64,000 bases of DNA. Source: Basidiobolus meristosporus CBS 931.73 (taxonomy: Eukaryota; Fungi; Basidiobolomycota). Of this stretch, positions 51,201 through 63,608 are shown piece by piece; the stretch's first letter is position 1; every line of letters starts with the position of its first letter. The notes below the pieces were generated by a model. That model saw nothing but the letters and a program-made list of their open reading frames with translations, ran no database searches and was not told the origin of the DNA. The stretch spans positions 23,341-87,340 of the forward strand of contig MCFE01000360.1 of the NCBI GenBank assembly GCA_002104905.1, in the 5' to 3' direction. The position numbers and the translations under genes are program-made.

Positions 51201-53160
51201 GGTGGTAGGCTTACAAGCTCATTTGGAAACACGTCTGAATATTTCTTCAAGAGAGTCTGGACCTGCTGGGGTGCTGGGGTAGAGGAATCCTCCTGTTAAA
51301 CCACCATGAGGAACATCTGGGTACCTTTTCTAAGTGCTCTACAGAACGGGGTCTTGCCAAGCTCACTTTTCTCACATGTACTGGAATTGACCAAGTTGAA
51401 ATACAGCCTGGCAGGTAATAGCTCATAGGTCTTGTTGTCCTTTTGGATCTGAGTAGCATGGGTTCTCCAGTTGATTGATGGATTACACCAAAATAGCCAG
51501 GTTTTTCCAAGTACAAGGTCAAACTTGCAGTTCCCAAATATATAAGCCTGTTGGTCTTCTTCATAGTCATTGATCTTCATTCTTACTGGCTGAGTAATAT
51601 GGTTGATTATGTGAGAGTTCCCATCAGCTGTTGAGACTGAAGTTGATTTGGTAGGTTCTGAGTTGATTCCAGCTTTCAGAGCAAATTGCTCTGACATGTA
51701 CTCATGCAATGCTCCTGAGTCAATCATGATCTTGGCAGGTACTCCATTGATTACTCCATTCAAGTATAATAGCTTTCCTGAGTTTGAGGCCATCTGGGAT
51801 AGGTGTTCTTCTGTCATGTGGAAGGTGAGTTCTGAGTCTTCTTCAAGTTCATCATTCATGTTACTATGCTCCAAGCCTCAATATGGCTAAAGGTTCTTGA
51901 TGGCTGGTGTCCATTTCTTCTCTGAGGGCAGTACTTGCAATATGTCCTTGCTGGTGGCAATTGAAGCAAAGTCCTTTCTTCTTACATTCTCCAAGGCAGG
52001 ATTCTTCTGCATAGCGTCTATTTCCATTAGTACTGCTTCTGACTGTCTTCTTTCATAATGATTGTAACCTTTCTGATTAGTCACTGTAGGCTTCCCAACT
52101 CCAAACATAGCTGAGTCATAGTCAATGGCAATCTTGATGGCTTCTTCGATAGTCTGAGGTCTTTGATAATTCACTTCCTTGCAAGTTCTTTCTTTCAACC
52201 CATCAATAAAGTACTCAACTTGATCCAGGGGGTCCATTCTTTCAATTTGTCCAAGTAGACATCTGTACTCATAGATGTATTCTTGAGCCATTCCTTTCTG
52301 TCTGAGTTTCTTTAACTTCCTTCTTAGTAGTGTCTGCTGGTGTGCAGGTTCAGGATCATCCTGAATTTCCAACACAAACTCATCCCCGGTAGAGATTGTA
52401 GAGCATCCCATCATAGTGGCTGACCTGATCTTGTTGTGGTACCACTGTAAAGCTGCATCTGCCAGGTAAGAAGCTGCATAATGCAACTTGCTTTCTGGAG
52501 CAATTCCTTTAGCTTTAAAAGCTTCTTCAATCTGAAAGAGCCAAGTCCCCAGGTTTTCATTGACTCTGCCATGGTACTGGTTGACCTTCACACTAGAGTT
52601 GCTCTTGACAGGGCTTTGCTGGCTCTGAGCCATGGTAGTCATTCCTTGTTGCTGTTGGCTGAGGATCTGGAGTAACTGTTGCTGTTGGGCCAGGATTTGC
52701 TGCATGGCATTCTTCCATTCTTGATTGTCCAACATCTGGAGGGTGGTTTCTTCTTTCTTCAGGAGAGAGGTTTTGGGTATTTGCTGCTACCAATGTTACA
52801 AGTCTTGGTATAAGAGTTGTAGAGGAATAGGGAGTTTAGCTAGTATTGTATTCACTAAAACTTGAGCTGATTTTTATTGAGGTTCCAGTAGCTCCTTATA
52901 TACATCTTGCCAGATCAATTGCTGACTAATTGTACTTCCTAATGTAGGTTGTGGCTGATTACTCTTTGATTGCATCATCATCACCCAATAAGATCCTACT
53001 TAATATATCTATTTCTGTCTGATAAGGATCTGCTGATTCATTTGCTGACTAATGCTACTGATTTGATAGATAATACTGATATACTGATAACCTAAACATA
53101 TACTAATTGATTTGACTAAGAACTGATCTAACTTAAACATTCAAGCGGCAGATCATAACA
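48228..53160 (-). mobile_element. Full-length degenerate Ty3/Gypsy LTR retrotransposon, copy B
   Basis: LTRs 48228-48595 and 52794-53160, 4-bp TSD TGTC on both sides, PBS at 52783-52792, PPT next to 48596; gag-pol broken into several ORFs. Confidence 0.97.
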
Positions 53161-53310
53161 TGTCATTAAACCTGACAATAAGCAATTCAGCACACCCACA
53201 CTCCAGCATTGCACTCATTGACTAGGAGTCAAATTAATGACTACAAGTGCACAGGCAGCCAAGATTGTAGTCAGGAAGGTAGTAGTTCAGGCTTGCCAGG
53301 TGAGTATTGG
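53161..53310 (+). repeat. Unclassified repeat family 3, copy 2, right part
   Basis: Homology to the reverse complement of 37240-37400. Confidence 0.75.
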
Positions 53311-53449
53311 GGAGTAATCAAAGGATGTTAGATCTAAAGAGAGTGCCAAAGTTAAGGCTATAAATCAATGCTACAGTGACTAAGACTAATCCAGAATTGC
53401 TAAGTCAGCATTTGGCTGTTGAACAATACCTCATAGGTCAATATTTTAG

Positions 53450-53780
53450 CAAGGCATACCTTCAAAATTGCACTTGCTTCTTAGTTGCCTGTAATACTTG
53501 CCATTCAACAGATTAGATATATTTACACTTGACTGAGGCTGAATGCAGTAATCAATAGCCTCCCAATATTTGTTGGCTGGTATGAGTTTCTTTAGAGGGG
53601 GTATTAGTGATATATATCTGGAGTGTTAACAATGCTTTCCACTAATGGCAGAGGGTTCCTGGCTTGTTGGGCACTTTGCAATGGTGGTATTTCCTGAATG
53701 ACTGCTATGCAACTGTCAGTGCATCCTGGTATCAGGATGATCTCTGAGTCATATGTTGCCAGCTGCATGATGGTTGTGCA
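53450..53780 (-). mobile_element. CACTA/EnSpm-like transposase N-terminal relic (third copy in the window)
   Basis: QPQSSVNISNLLNGKYYRQLRSKCNFEG matches QYQSSANISNVFDGKHYKQLKSKGYFEG at 32790; upstream CTDSCIA and KCPT Cys motifs. Confidence 0.7.
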
Positions 53781-53959
53781 CTTGTGCCAAGTACACTGTA
53801 AATTGCATCATGGAATGATTTTGGCAAGAGGTGGTGGTAAATCATCTAAGTCCCCATTACTGATATTTGTGGAGAAATGTCACTTTGCTAGCCATATTAT
53901 CACATCATTTAGCAGTAGAAGTATTACTGGGCTCACTTGGCTCCGCAAAATAGTCTTGG

Positions 53960-54315
53960 TCTTTTGAATAGTGCTACATAGTGCCAGCCTGTTTACTGTG
54001 CTGGATTGATCTGGCCCATAATTTGTTGCATGATTCCAGTTATAGAATAAAGCTATTGGTAATCTCACTCCAGATTGCTAATGTAGCTCCAAACAGTACT
54101 TTTCTTACATTATTTACTCATCATTATGATTTACACACATTTCTTTCAGTCAATATCATCTTTTATGAATATATTATGCATTATAATATCTTAACTATTT
54201 TGCCTATTCTGCTGTTTTCTCTTTTGCCAGGATAAAAGTGCCACTGCCCTTAAGAAGGTCTGTTAATTCTGACTGGGAAGTTCTCCAAAATACTCTTGCT
54301 ATGGAACCTGCTGTA
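53960..54315. repeat. Internally deleted homolog of the Harbinger region 46715-47420
   Basis: Three collinear blocks: atagtgc.acatagtg.cagcctg (46715/53960), ctatttt.cctattct.ctgttttctc (46945/54195), aagg..tgttaat.ctgactg (47357/54255). Confidence 0.7.
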
Positions 54316-57300
54316 GTCAAGATTGGTTTAGCACTTTGACCAAATATTATGTCCAAGCTCTGCAGCTGCTACAGAATGCTCCTGAGTGTCTAGAAGCTCT
54401 GCATATTAGTACTACAGCTGCATTACTCCCACAAAGGTATAAATACTGAGCTTCTTATAAATAAACAATAGATCAGCTATTATCATTAATTCTTGATAAG
54501 TTCCATATATTCAAACTACACCCTAAATTGCAGTGGGTTATGAGCCCAATTCCCTTAATCTGATCTAATGTTGATATCTACCAGCAAACAGTGCAAAAAA
54601 ACATCTACCCTGCAAAGAAGAGTTTTGATGGAAAGTATAGCACACTTTGGAAAGTCAAGTTGCAGGTCCACTTCAGGAAAGGAACAGTAGAAGGACTTTA
54701 AAAGCTTCACCAGAAGGAGAGCCAGGCCTTAATGCAATATTTATTAACATGCAAGATTCCTTCATTGGACATATTCATGCCGCTAATATTGTCAACGCAG
54801 CAAGGGAATCCCTATAAAAGATCTTCAGAGTAAAGTTGGTATCAGGGAAGCTTTATTTAAAATGAAAGTTCTTTAGTATGAGGAAATAGCCAGAGGATGA
54901 CATGCTATAACACATCACCAGGATGGAGACACTGGCAGAAGGCTTCACAGTACTAATGCTGGTGAGGTTGATGACAAAAGATACTCTGTCTGCTAAGCAG
55001 CTGACCAGACAAGTGTGAGCAACTTGTACTTTCTTTTGAAAGCAGAGAAGACAATCTGATATTAGACTTTGTCACAAGAAGACTTCTTCATGTAGAACTC
55101 AATGGTAATGATTAAGCAAAGGAAATTGAAGATAATGCTACACTCAGCTCAGAAAGGCACACAGAAAAGAAGAGAAAGCAACAAAATCAAAGAAAACCTG
55201 TATGCTGCAGCTACAATAAGAAGCTGGGACACTGAGAAAGAGAATGCAAGAAGAGACAAGTAGACAAAAAACAGGAACTAGAGCAGGCAAACTATATATG
55301 TACAGATGCAAAGTTTTGGTAATTATACAAGTGAGTGCAAGTAACCAAAGTAATTATTGGTATATTCACTTTAAAACACTACAGCATATTTACAGTACAT
55401 TGGAGTTGTTTGACAACTTGATGACTCTTCCCATAAGACAGGTTTATCTGGGAGACAGCTCTGTACTGGAAGCTACTAACAGTGGGTTATACAAGTAAAT
55501 ATGAGTGATATCTCATGGTTATCAACAGCAAAACTCACTGATGCACTCTATGAGACCAGAATAGCTAAGAACCTACTCTTTGTCAGTAAATCAACTACTT
55601 AGGGACCAGAATTGGCTTTTACCAAGGTAAATTACTTGAATCTGAGAGAAAATACACAAAAATTAGCTTTGGGAAGCTTAGATCTAAATATATACAAGCC
55701 ACAGTGCAAGAGCCATGTACCAGAGTATTTCAACCTTACTAAAACTGATAAAGCCAACTGGGAGACATGACATAAAAGGCTAGGAAACAATGAGGGACCA
55801 ATAATGAGCCAATTGGCAAGAATTCAGGGAGTTCTGGGCATAAATTACTCAGCTCCAATCAAATGAAGTGCTTGTAAGGGATGATTATATACTAAATAAA
55901 CTAGGCAATGTTTCAGGAGCTCTGAAGGCATTTGCAATTATTTATGAATTTATTGATGATAGGACAAGATATCCAAGCGTGTACTTCATCAAGACAAATG
56001 ATGAAAAACACTCAAAGTTGCAACTAATGAGTAGGAATGGGATTTTTTTTGGCTATTGAAAAGATACCAAAGGGTATAGAGTGTACAATTGCAAAATTCA
56101 TAAGCTAATCATAAGCAGTGGCATTGAATTTGAGAAGAATTCAGATCAGAAAGCAAAAATCAGATCATTTGCTAGCTATCTAATGACACTATCACCACTA
56201 ATGAGGAAGATATATACCTGATTCAGTGAAGTATGAAAGAAAATTTACCAGTTCCAGAACAGTACATATTTCTATGGTAAGGGATCTACTTGAATAAGTC
56301 ATCTCCCTGGATATTGATGACAGACATCTAATGACCATCAAGAAACTTATATGTCAAGCCTCAGAAACTGGAACAAGCATTGTATATGCCACATGCTACT
56401 ATATGGCAACAAGCCATGCAAGAAGAGTACCAATACTTGTCAGTGCAAAAATGTAGAAACTGGTAGATTTACCAAATGGGGGAAAGCCAACAGGATGCAG
56501 ATGGTTCTATAAGCTCAAGATAATCTCAGATGGTACTGTTGATAAGTATAAAGCTAGATTGGAGGCTAAAGGCCATTCCCAGATCCTAAACAAAAAAAAT
56601 CAGATCTCTTAAGCAAGTTTGAGATGCAAGGTCTTGAAAAATTGGGTTGTTTTCTCAGAATTGAAGTCACATTTCACACACCTATGCAGAAAGTAGTTGT
56701 GATTCAGTCTAAGTACATGATAGATGTACTTAGACACTTCAAAATGAAAATTGCAAGCCTGCAGCAGCCCTTATGGACAATATCTTGAGTTTGAGCAAAT
56801 CTCAGCTGGTCTCAGGTGAAAACAGCTCAAATATGGGCCAAAACTTTTCCTATCAATCAATGGTAGAAGCCTGATTTACTTGATGGTGCCAACATTTACA
56901 GATATTTCTGTGTCAGTGGGAATAGTAAGTCAATATATGCAGAGCAATAGCTCTGCTCAAATTGCAGCAGTTAAGCAAATATCCAGATATCTGCAAGGTA
57001 CCATTGATATAGTTCTGGAATACTCTGAGCAACTAATATGCAGGGAGATTCAGATTGGGGCAGGGATCTAATTGACATTTACTCTATCATCAGATATGTT
57101 TTTCTATAGGCTGAAGTGGCTATTACCTGGAATTGCAAAAAATAACCAACTATGGCTCTATCTATGACTGATGCTGAATATATGGTAGTTTGACAAACAA
57201 CCAAGGAGGCTATATTGCCACAAAGTTATTCAAAGACTTGGATTCTATTTCTAATGAACCATCATGTACCAACAAGGATAATCACAGTTGTACCTCATTA

Positions 57301-57875
57301 GCTGAGAATCTGACTAACCATGCCAGAGCTAAGCACATTGATACAAAATACCACTTTGTGAGTGATGCTGCAGTACTAACTTAGTAGAGTAAGCTTACTG
57401 CCTGACTGACAAAATGGCAGTAGATATATTGATAGAACCACCAATAAAGCCACAATTGGAGAATCTTAGAGAGGAATTAGGAATAAGAAATTATTTAGTT
57501 GATGGGGGGTATAGAAATATTCAACAATTTGGTATCCTCTAGTGGCTCAAATTTACTGAACAATTCCAGACTAGTCCTAGTCACTGCAGGACTAACCTAC
57601 AGTACTAACTTTGTCACTTTCTTTCAGATCTATAATCCTATAATTATTCTCCTATAGTCAAGATCAAATTGGCACTTTTACCAAGCAGTATATAGTAACC
57701 CTGGAACAGTTACCAAATGCTCCAGATTGCTGAGAAACCCTCCTTGCTTAGTGTAACAGTTATATTGCTCCTATAGTGATATTCATTACTGAGCTTCTTA
57801 TGAAAAAACAACAGCTTGGCTATTATCACCACTTCCAGATGAGTTCCATATATCCAAGATACATCTTAAATTGCA
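54316..57875 (+). mobile_element. Old, internally deleted Ty1/Copia LTR retrotransposon
   Basis: Truncated 5' LTR about 54316-54532 and 3' LTR about 57510-57875 (strongly diverged); PBS GGTTATGAGCCC at 54536-54547; PPT gatgggggg at 57501; IN-RT-RH order with FIDDRTRY, IFFGY.KDTKGY, WQQAMQEE, KYKARL.AKG, DSDWG, KHIDTKYHF. Confidence 0.88.
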
Positions 57876-57929
57876 AGATTCATGACCATGCCCTTACCTT
57901 GACACTTGTTAGATCCTACTAAACAAGTA

Positions 57930-59540
57930 ATCTGCCAGCAAGTCCTGCAGCCACTGATTCTCATCAACTCAAATTTGCCACCTATCTTATGGTATCAGAG
58001 CAGAAATCCAATGGTAGTTTCATTGGTACATGGGCCTAAATCACTGTCCAACCTGGATGGCTACCAGTTTCCATTGCTAGCTGGATATTGCAAGCCTTCC
58101 AGCAAGGTATTAGTAAATGGCATCATATCAAAGACATAATATCAACAGCATTGGAGATGTCCCAACCATCAGTAAGACAGCCAGCCTTTGGTGGCACAAT
58201 TAATGGCATTACTGTTAAGTATGTGAGATCCAGTGGATATACTTGGCAAGTCACACACATTATTGGTAATCAAAACAAACTCTAAGTGCATCATCTTCCC
58301 ACAGAGAGAACATACAGAAGTCAGCATGCAATTGGAGCAATGCTGGCAGGTAAAAGACCTTGACCAGAATATGGAATTATATGAAGTCAAGTATACACTG
58401 GATGGAGGGTATCTGTTGCAGTAAAAGCCCTTCACTGGGAGTAGTGCATTTGCTTTTCACAATATTCCTATGCTAATGATCAGGTTGTGTAAGAGACAGA
58501 TCAGCCTTAATCAGCCCTTCAGGATACCAGAGAAATTTCAAAAAATTGTCAAGTTATAATATAACTTTTACTACCAAAAGCACTTCTAACAGGCTCCAAT
58601 CAGTGTTCATACTCCCATGATGACATTGAAGGAGTATTTGCCAACATATGGATTACCAATGCCAACTTGACACAAGTACAGCATTTATGCAAGGAGTCTG
58701 TAATGGGACTTAAGTGGGTATACTACTAGGATAATGCTGAACATGTAAATCACTGGCACTACTGTATCCATACTCCACTCCATCTTGCTTGGTATGTGAA
58801 TAATATTGGGCCTTGCTTCACCTTTTGGGAGTTTCCTTTGGGACAGAGTTGTGGGGTGATAGGAAGACCACTCAGGTTGCAGGTACTACCATGTCTCAAT
58901 CCCATCTAGAATGTAATATTTGGGGCTGTAAAGGATGTGATGAGTTGGCACATGAAGGACAGCCAGGAAATGTTGGAAAATACTGAGCACAAACATGTAC
59001 ACAGAGACACCTATGTCTTGAGCACTAGGAAGCTAGGCAACCCCAATGTATAAGTGATTAGCTAAGTTATGCAAAGTTGGATTGGGCACAACAAGAGACT
59101 AGTTTTTATTAGGACAACTTTGCCAAGATATGCCATGTTTCTCTTGGTCACAAGCCAATATCTACACCATTCAATACAGAACTCACACAAATATGAATCA
59201 ACACACAGGTATAAGGAGGACTAGAATACAGCAGGAAGAATGGATTAACTGGCTTAATACCAAAAAGCTCTTTGAAGATATTTGGGATGCATTCATGTCA
59301 AAAGTGGTAGCAAACAAGCATATGTTTGCAAGATGTTTATGTTAACATCAGTACAAGGAATATGGCAATTTTACAAGCATCACCCTAAAAAGCCATAGGT
59401 TGAGGTGATAATGTATTTTAGTTGCTGCAGGTATGTGTTTACAAGCAGGTTGGTAAGCAGGAGGCCAAAGATTCTTTGATTCAAACTCCATGAGGAATAC
59501 CCTGGGTAGTAATGTGTAAGCAAATAAAGAGAGATGGTCC
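57930..59540 (+). mobile_element. Degenerate CACTA/EnSpm-like transposon, copy 2 (tail interrupted by Gypsy C)
   Basis: Collinear with 32940-34800 (ccactgattctcatcaac, tatcagagcagaaatccaatggtagt, ccttgcttcaccttttgggagtttcct, aagcatatgtttgcaagatgt). Confidence 0.82.
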
Positions 59541-59918
59541 TGTTACAAGTCTTGGTATAAGAGTTGTAGAGGAATAGGGAGTTTAGCTAGTATTGTATTC
59601 ACTAAAACTTGAACTGATTTTTATTGAGGTTCCAGCAGCTCCTTATATACATTTTGCCAGATCAATTGCTGACTAATTGTATTTCCTAATGTAGGTTGTG
59701 GCTGATGACTCATTTGATTGCATCATCATCACCCAATAAGATCCTACTTAATATATCTTTTTCTGTCTGATAAGGATCTGCTGATTCATTTGCTGACTAA
59801 TGCTACTGATTTCATAGATAATACTGATATACTGATAACCTAAACATATACTAATTGATTTGACTAAAAACTGATCTAACTTAAACATTCAAGCGGCAGA
59901 TCATAACATTCTCCCCTA

Positions 59919-62900
59919 CTAAAGTTGAGAGAGTTCTCCTGAATCTCTTTTCTTGTGATACCAATATCTTGATGGTTCAGTATTATCAGCAAGTCTTGCA
60001 AGCTTGAGTCTGTCCCTATGCACTAAGTCTTCCCGGATATTACCTTGCTTGTCCACCAGTTGGTAAGTTGCAAATGGACATTCTCTGATGATCTTGAATG
60101 GTCCTGTCCATTGTGGCTCAAACTTCTTCCGAGTGTTGTTTCTTAGCAATACAAAGTTCCCAACTGTCAATGCTTCTGGTGCTATAGTCTTATCAAATCT
60201 CTGCTTCATCTTTTCTGCACTTTGAGATACTTTGGTCTGTGCCTCTTGACGTCTTTGTTCCAGTTGCTGGTGTCTACTTGGCTGACTAAGTTCATCTTCT
60301 AAGGCATCTGTAAGCTTGGGTTGTGTGAGATCTCCTGGAATCCTAGGTTCACATCCATAAACTAAGTAAAATGGTGATTGCTGGGTGGTGTTGTGTACTC
60401 TGACTCTGCATGCAAAGAGTGCTTGGTCTATATACTCATCCCATCTACTGACAACTCCATTTGCATACTTAGTCAGCATTTTTCCAAATAATCCATTAAA
60501 CCGCTCAGTGACTCCATTAGTTCTGGGGTGATATGCCGAGGTTTTCAAGTGTCTGATCTGCTGCATTTCCAGGTAAGCCTCTAATGTCTTTGCCATAAAG
60601 TTTGCACCTCTATCGGATAAGATCTCCACAGGGCATCCAAACTTCATCAGGATCTCATGGTAAATGAAACTTGCAACTTCTTGTTCACTGGCTATTGGTA
60701 CGGCTTTAGCAACTGGCCATTTAGTGGCATGGTCAATAGCTACTAGGATCCAACGGTTACATTTCCTGGTAGTTGGCAGTCTTCCAATAAAGTCAATTCC
60801 CCATCTCTCAAATGGTCTTACAGGCTCCAAAGGGAAGAGTTCGGCAATTCTTTGTGGCTGGCCTTGATTGATTTGGCAGTTTGGGCATGTTTTTACTAGC
60901 TTCTCAATGTCTTGTTTCATTCTGGGCCACCATGCTCTGGCTTTTACAAGGCTATAGGTTCCTTCAATCCCAAGATGTCCATATCCATTGTGTAGCTTAT
61001 GTATTAAATCCAGGCGAGCAACATAAGGACAATAGGCAATAGGGCTTCCATCAACAATTCGGTAGAGTGTTTCATCCTGTACAACAAATTTGCTGGCTTC
61101 ATCCCGGATTATCTTCTTGATATCTTCATCCACCTCATTAGGAATGGCTTGGTCCTCCAAGTACTTTGGTAATAGGCTAGGCCAATCTGATTCATGCACC
61201 AAGTTGAGTTGTGCAACTTGATCTAATCTTGATAAGGCATCAGCAACCGTGTTGTTTTTTCCAGGGCAGTAGACAATCTCCAGGTCAAATTGCTGAATGT
61301 ATTCACTCCATCTTGTCATTCTTCTAGAGAGTACCTTCTGAGTAAATATATACTTGAGGGAGGCATGATCAGTCTTCACAGTGCATTTGACTCCTTCAAT
61401 ATAGCATCTCCATGTCTTCAAACAGTGTATTATAGCAAGCATCTCCTTCTCATGGACTGGATAGTTTTGTTCTGCTGAGTTCAGTTTCTTGGATTCAAAG
61501 GCAACAGGGTAGTCCTTTCCCTCGTGTTCTTGGCTCAGCACTCCACCAATTGCATAATCTGAAGCATCTGTGCATAGAGTGAACTCTTTTCTGAAGTCTG
61601 GTATTCTTAAGCTTGGTAACTTAGCAAGTTCATTCTTTAGCGTCTGGAAGGCAGTCTCACAAGCTATGTCCCACTTGTAGGTATTCTCTTTCTTGAGGAT
61701 ATCAGTTAAAGGGGCTGCAATACTTGCAAATGACTTGACAAATCTCCGATAATAGGAAACCATTCCAAGGAAGGATCTGAGTTCTGATATGCTATGGGGC
61801 TGCTTCAAATTCTTGATTACTTCCACCTTCTTGGGGTCTAAGGTTACTCCTGTGCTAGTCACTATGTGTCCCAGATATTCTACGTGTTCCTTGAAGAATT
61901 CACACTTGGCTAGCTTGCCGTATAGCTTGTTCTCTCTTAGTTTCTTCAAGACCTTTTCAATGTGCACCATGTGATCCTTTTCTGTCTTGCTGTATATCAA
62001 TATGTCATCCAGGTAGATTATCACAAACTTGTCTAAGTACTCCTGAAAGACAGTCTGCATCAGCGTCATGAATGTTGCAGGGGCATTAGTGAGGCCAAAA
62101 CTCATGACTAAGTACTCGTAATGTCCATATCTGGTCCTGAATGCTGTCTTAGGGATATCTTCTGGTTTCACCCTAATCTGGTTGTATCCTGACATGAGGT
62201 CGATCTTGCTGAAAATAGTGGCTCCATTAAGTTGGTCCAAAAGCTCATCAATCCGAGGTATGGGGTACTTATTCTTGACGGTAACTGAGTTCAGGGCTCT
62301 GTAGTCAATGCACATCCTAAGTGTTCCATCCTTCTTTTTCACAAAAAGCACTGGTGCTCCCCAAGGTGACTTGCTGGGCCTGATGTATCCTTGCTCCAAT
62401 AGCTGATCAATTTGTTTCTTCATTTCCTCCAATTCCAATGGACTCATTCTGTAAGGTGTCTTGCTCACTGGAGGGCTATCTCCTGTGTCAATGGCATGAT
62501 CCACGTCTCTGACTGGTGGTAGGCTTACAAGCTCATCTGGAAACACGTCTGAATATTTCTTCAAGAGAGTCTGGACCTGCTGGGGTGCTGGGATAGAGGA
62601 ATCCTCCTGTAATACCGCCATGAGGAACATCTGGGTACCTTTTCTAAGTGCTCTACAGAACTGGGTCTTGCTAAGTTCACTTGTCTCACACACACTGGAA
62701 TTGACCAAGTTGAAATCCAGCCTGGCAGGTAATAGCTCATAGGTCTTGTTGTCTTTTTGGATCTGAGTAGCATGGGTTCTCCAGTTGATTGATGGATTAC
62801 GACAAAATAGCCAGGTTTTCCCAAGTACAAGGTCAAACTTGCAGTTCCCAAATATATAAGCCTGTAGGTCTTCTTCATAGTCATTGATCTTCATTCTTAC

Positions 62901-63608
62901 TGGCTGGGTAATACGGTTGATTATGTGGGAGTTCCCATCTGCTGTGGAGACTGAAGTTGATTTGGTAGGTTCCGAGTTGATTCCAGCTTTCAAAGCAAAT
63001 TGCTCTGACATGTACTCATGCGATGCTCCTGAGTCAATCATGATCTTGGCAGGTACTCCATTGATTGCTCCATTCAGGTACAATAACTTCCCTGAGTTTG
63101 AAGTCATTTGGGACAAGTACTCTTCTGTCATATGGAAGGTGAGTTCCGAGTCTTCTTCAAGCTCATCTTCCTCATTATTGTGTTCATGGGATTCAATATG
63201 GTTGAAGGTTCTTGTTGGCTGGTGTCCATTTCTTCTCTGAGGGCAGTATTTTGCAATATGTCCCTGCTGGTGGCAATTAAAGCAAAGTCCTCTCTTCTTG
63301 CATTCTTCTGAGGAGGGATTCTTCTGCATAGCGTCTATTTCCATTGGTACTGCTTCTGATTGTCTTCTTTCATAATGATTATAGCCTTTCTGACTAGTCA
63401 CTGTAGGCTTCCCAACTCCAAACATAGCTGAGTCATAGTCAATGGCAATCTTGATGGCTTCTTCAATAGTCTGAGGTCTTCGGTAATTGACTTCCTTGCG
63501 AGTTCTTTCTTTCAACCCATCAATAAAGTATTCAACTTGATCCAAGGGGTCCATTCTTTCAATTTGTCCAAGTAGACATCTGTACTCATAGATGTATTCT
63601 TGCACCAT
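59919..63608 (-). CDS. Gag-Pol polyprotein of Gypsy C (gag C-terminus, Zn knuckle, PR, RT, RNase H, IN)
   Basis: [29 protein letters not shown]...TDHASL...ADALSR, HHCC, IDF...SDRG...TERFN, WTGPF; no chromodomain. Confidence 0.95.
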   Translation of the reverse strand: MVQEYIYEYRCLLGQIERMDPLDQVEYFIDGLKERTRKEVNYRRPQTIEEAIKIAIDYDSAMFGVGKPTVTSQKGYNHYERRQSEAVPMEIDAMQKNPSSEECKKRGLCFNCHQQGHIAKYCPQRRNGHQPTRTFNHIESHEHNNEEDELEEDSELTFHMTEEYLSQMTSNSGKLLYLNGAINGVPAKIMIDSGASHEYMSEQFALKAGINSEPTKSTSVSTADGNSHIINRITQPVRMKINDYEEDLQAYIFGNCKFDLVLGKTWLFCRNPSINWRTHATQIQKDNKTYELLPARLDFNLVNSSVCETSELSKTQFCRALRKGTQMFLMAVLQEDSSIPAPQQVQTLLKKYSDVFPDELVSLPPVRDVDHAIDTGDSPPVSKTPYRMSPLELEEMKKQIDQLLEQGYIRPSKSPWGAPVLFVKKKDGTLRMCIDYRALNSVTVKNKYPIPRIDELLDQLNGATIFSKIDLMSGYNQIRVKPEDIPKTAFRTRYGHYEYLVMSFGLTNAPATFMTLMQTVFQEYLDKFVIIYLDDILIYSKTEKDHMVHIEKVLKKLRENKLYGKLAKCEFFKEHVEYLGHIVTSTGVTLDPKKVEVIKNLKQPHSISELRSFLGMVSYYRRFVKSFASIAAPLTDILKKENTYKWDIACETAFQTLKNELAKLPSLRIPDFRKEFTLCTDASDYAIGGVLSQEHEGKDYPVAFESKKLNSAEQNYPVHEKEMLAIIHCLKTWRCYIEGVKCTVKTDHASLKYIFTQKVLSRRMTRWSEYIQQFDLEIVYCPGKNNTVADALSRLDQVAQLNLVHESDWPSLLPKYLEDQAIPNEVDEDIKKIIRDEASKFVVQDETLYRIVDGSPIAYCPYVARLDLIHKLHNGYGHLGIEGTYSLVKARAWWPRMKQDIEKLVKTCPNCQINQGQPQRIAELFPLEPVRPFERWGIDFIGRLPTTRKCNRWILVAIDHATKWPVAKAVPIASEQEVASFIYHEILMKFGCPVEILSDRGANFMAKTLEAYLEMQQIRHLKTSAYHPRTNGVTERFNGLFGKMLTKYANGVVSRWDEYIDQALFACRVRVHNTTQQSPFYLVYGCEPRIPGDLTQPKLTDALEDELSQPSRHQQLEQRRQEAQTKVSQSAEKMKQRFDKTIAPEALTVGNFVLLRNNTRKKFEPQWTGPFKIIRECPFATYQLVDKQGNIREDLVHRDRLKLARLADNTEPSRYWYHKKRDSGELSQL

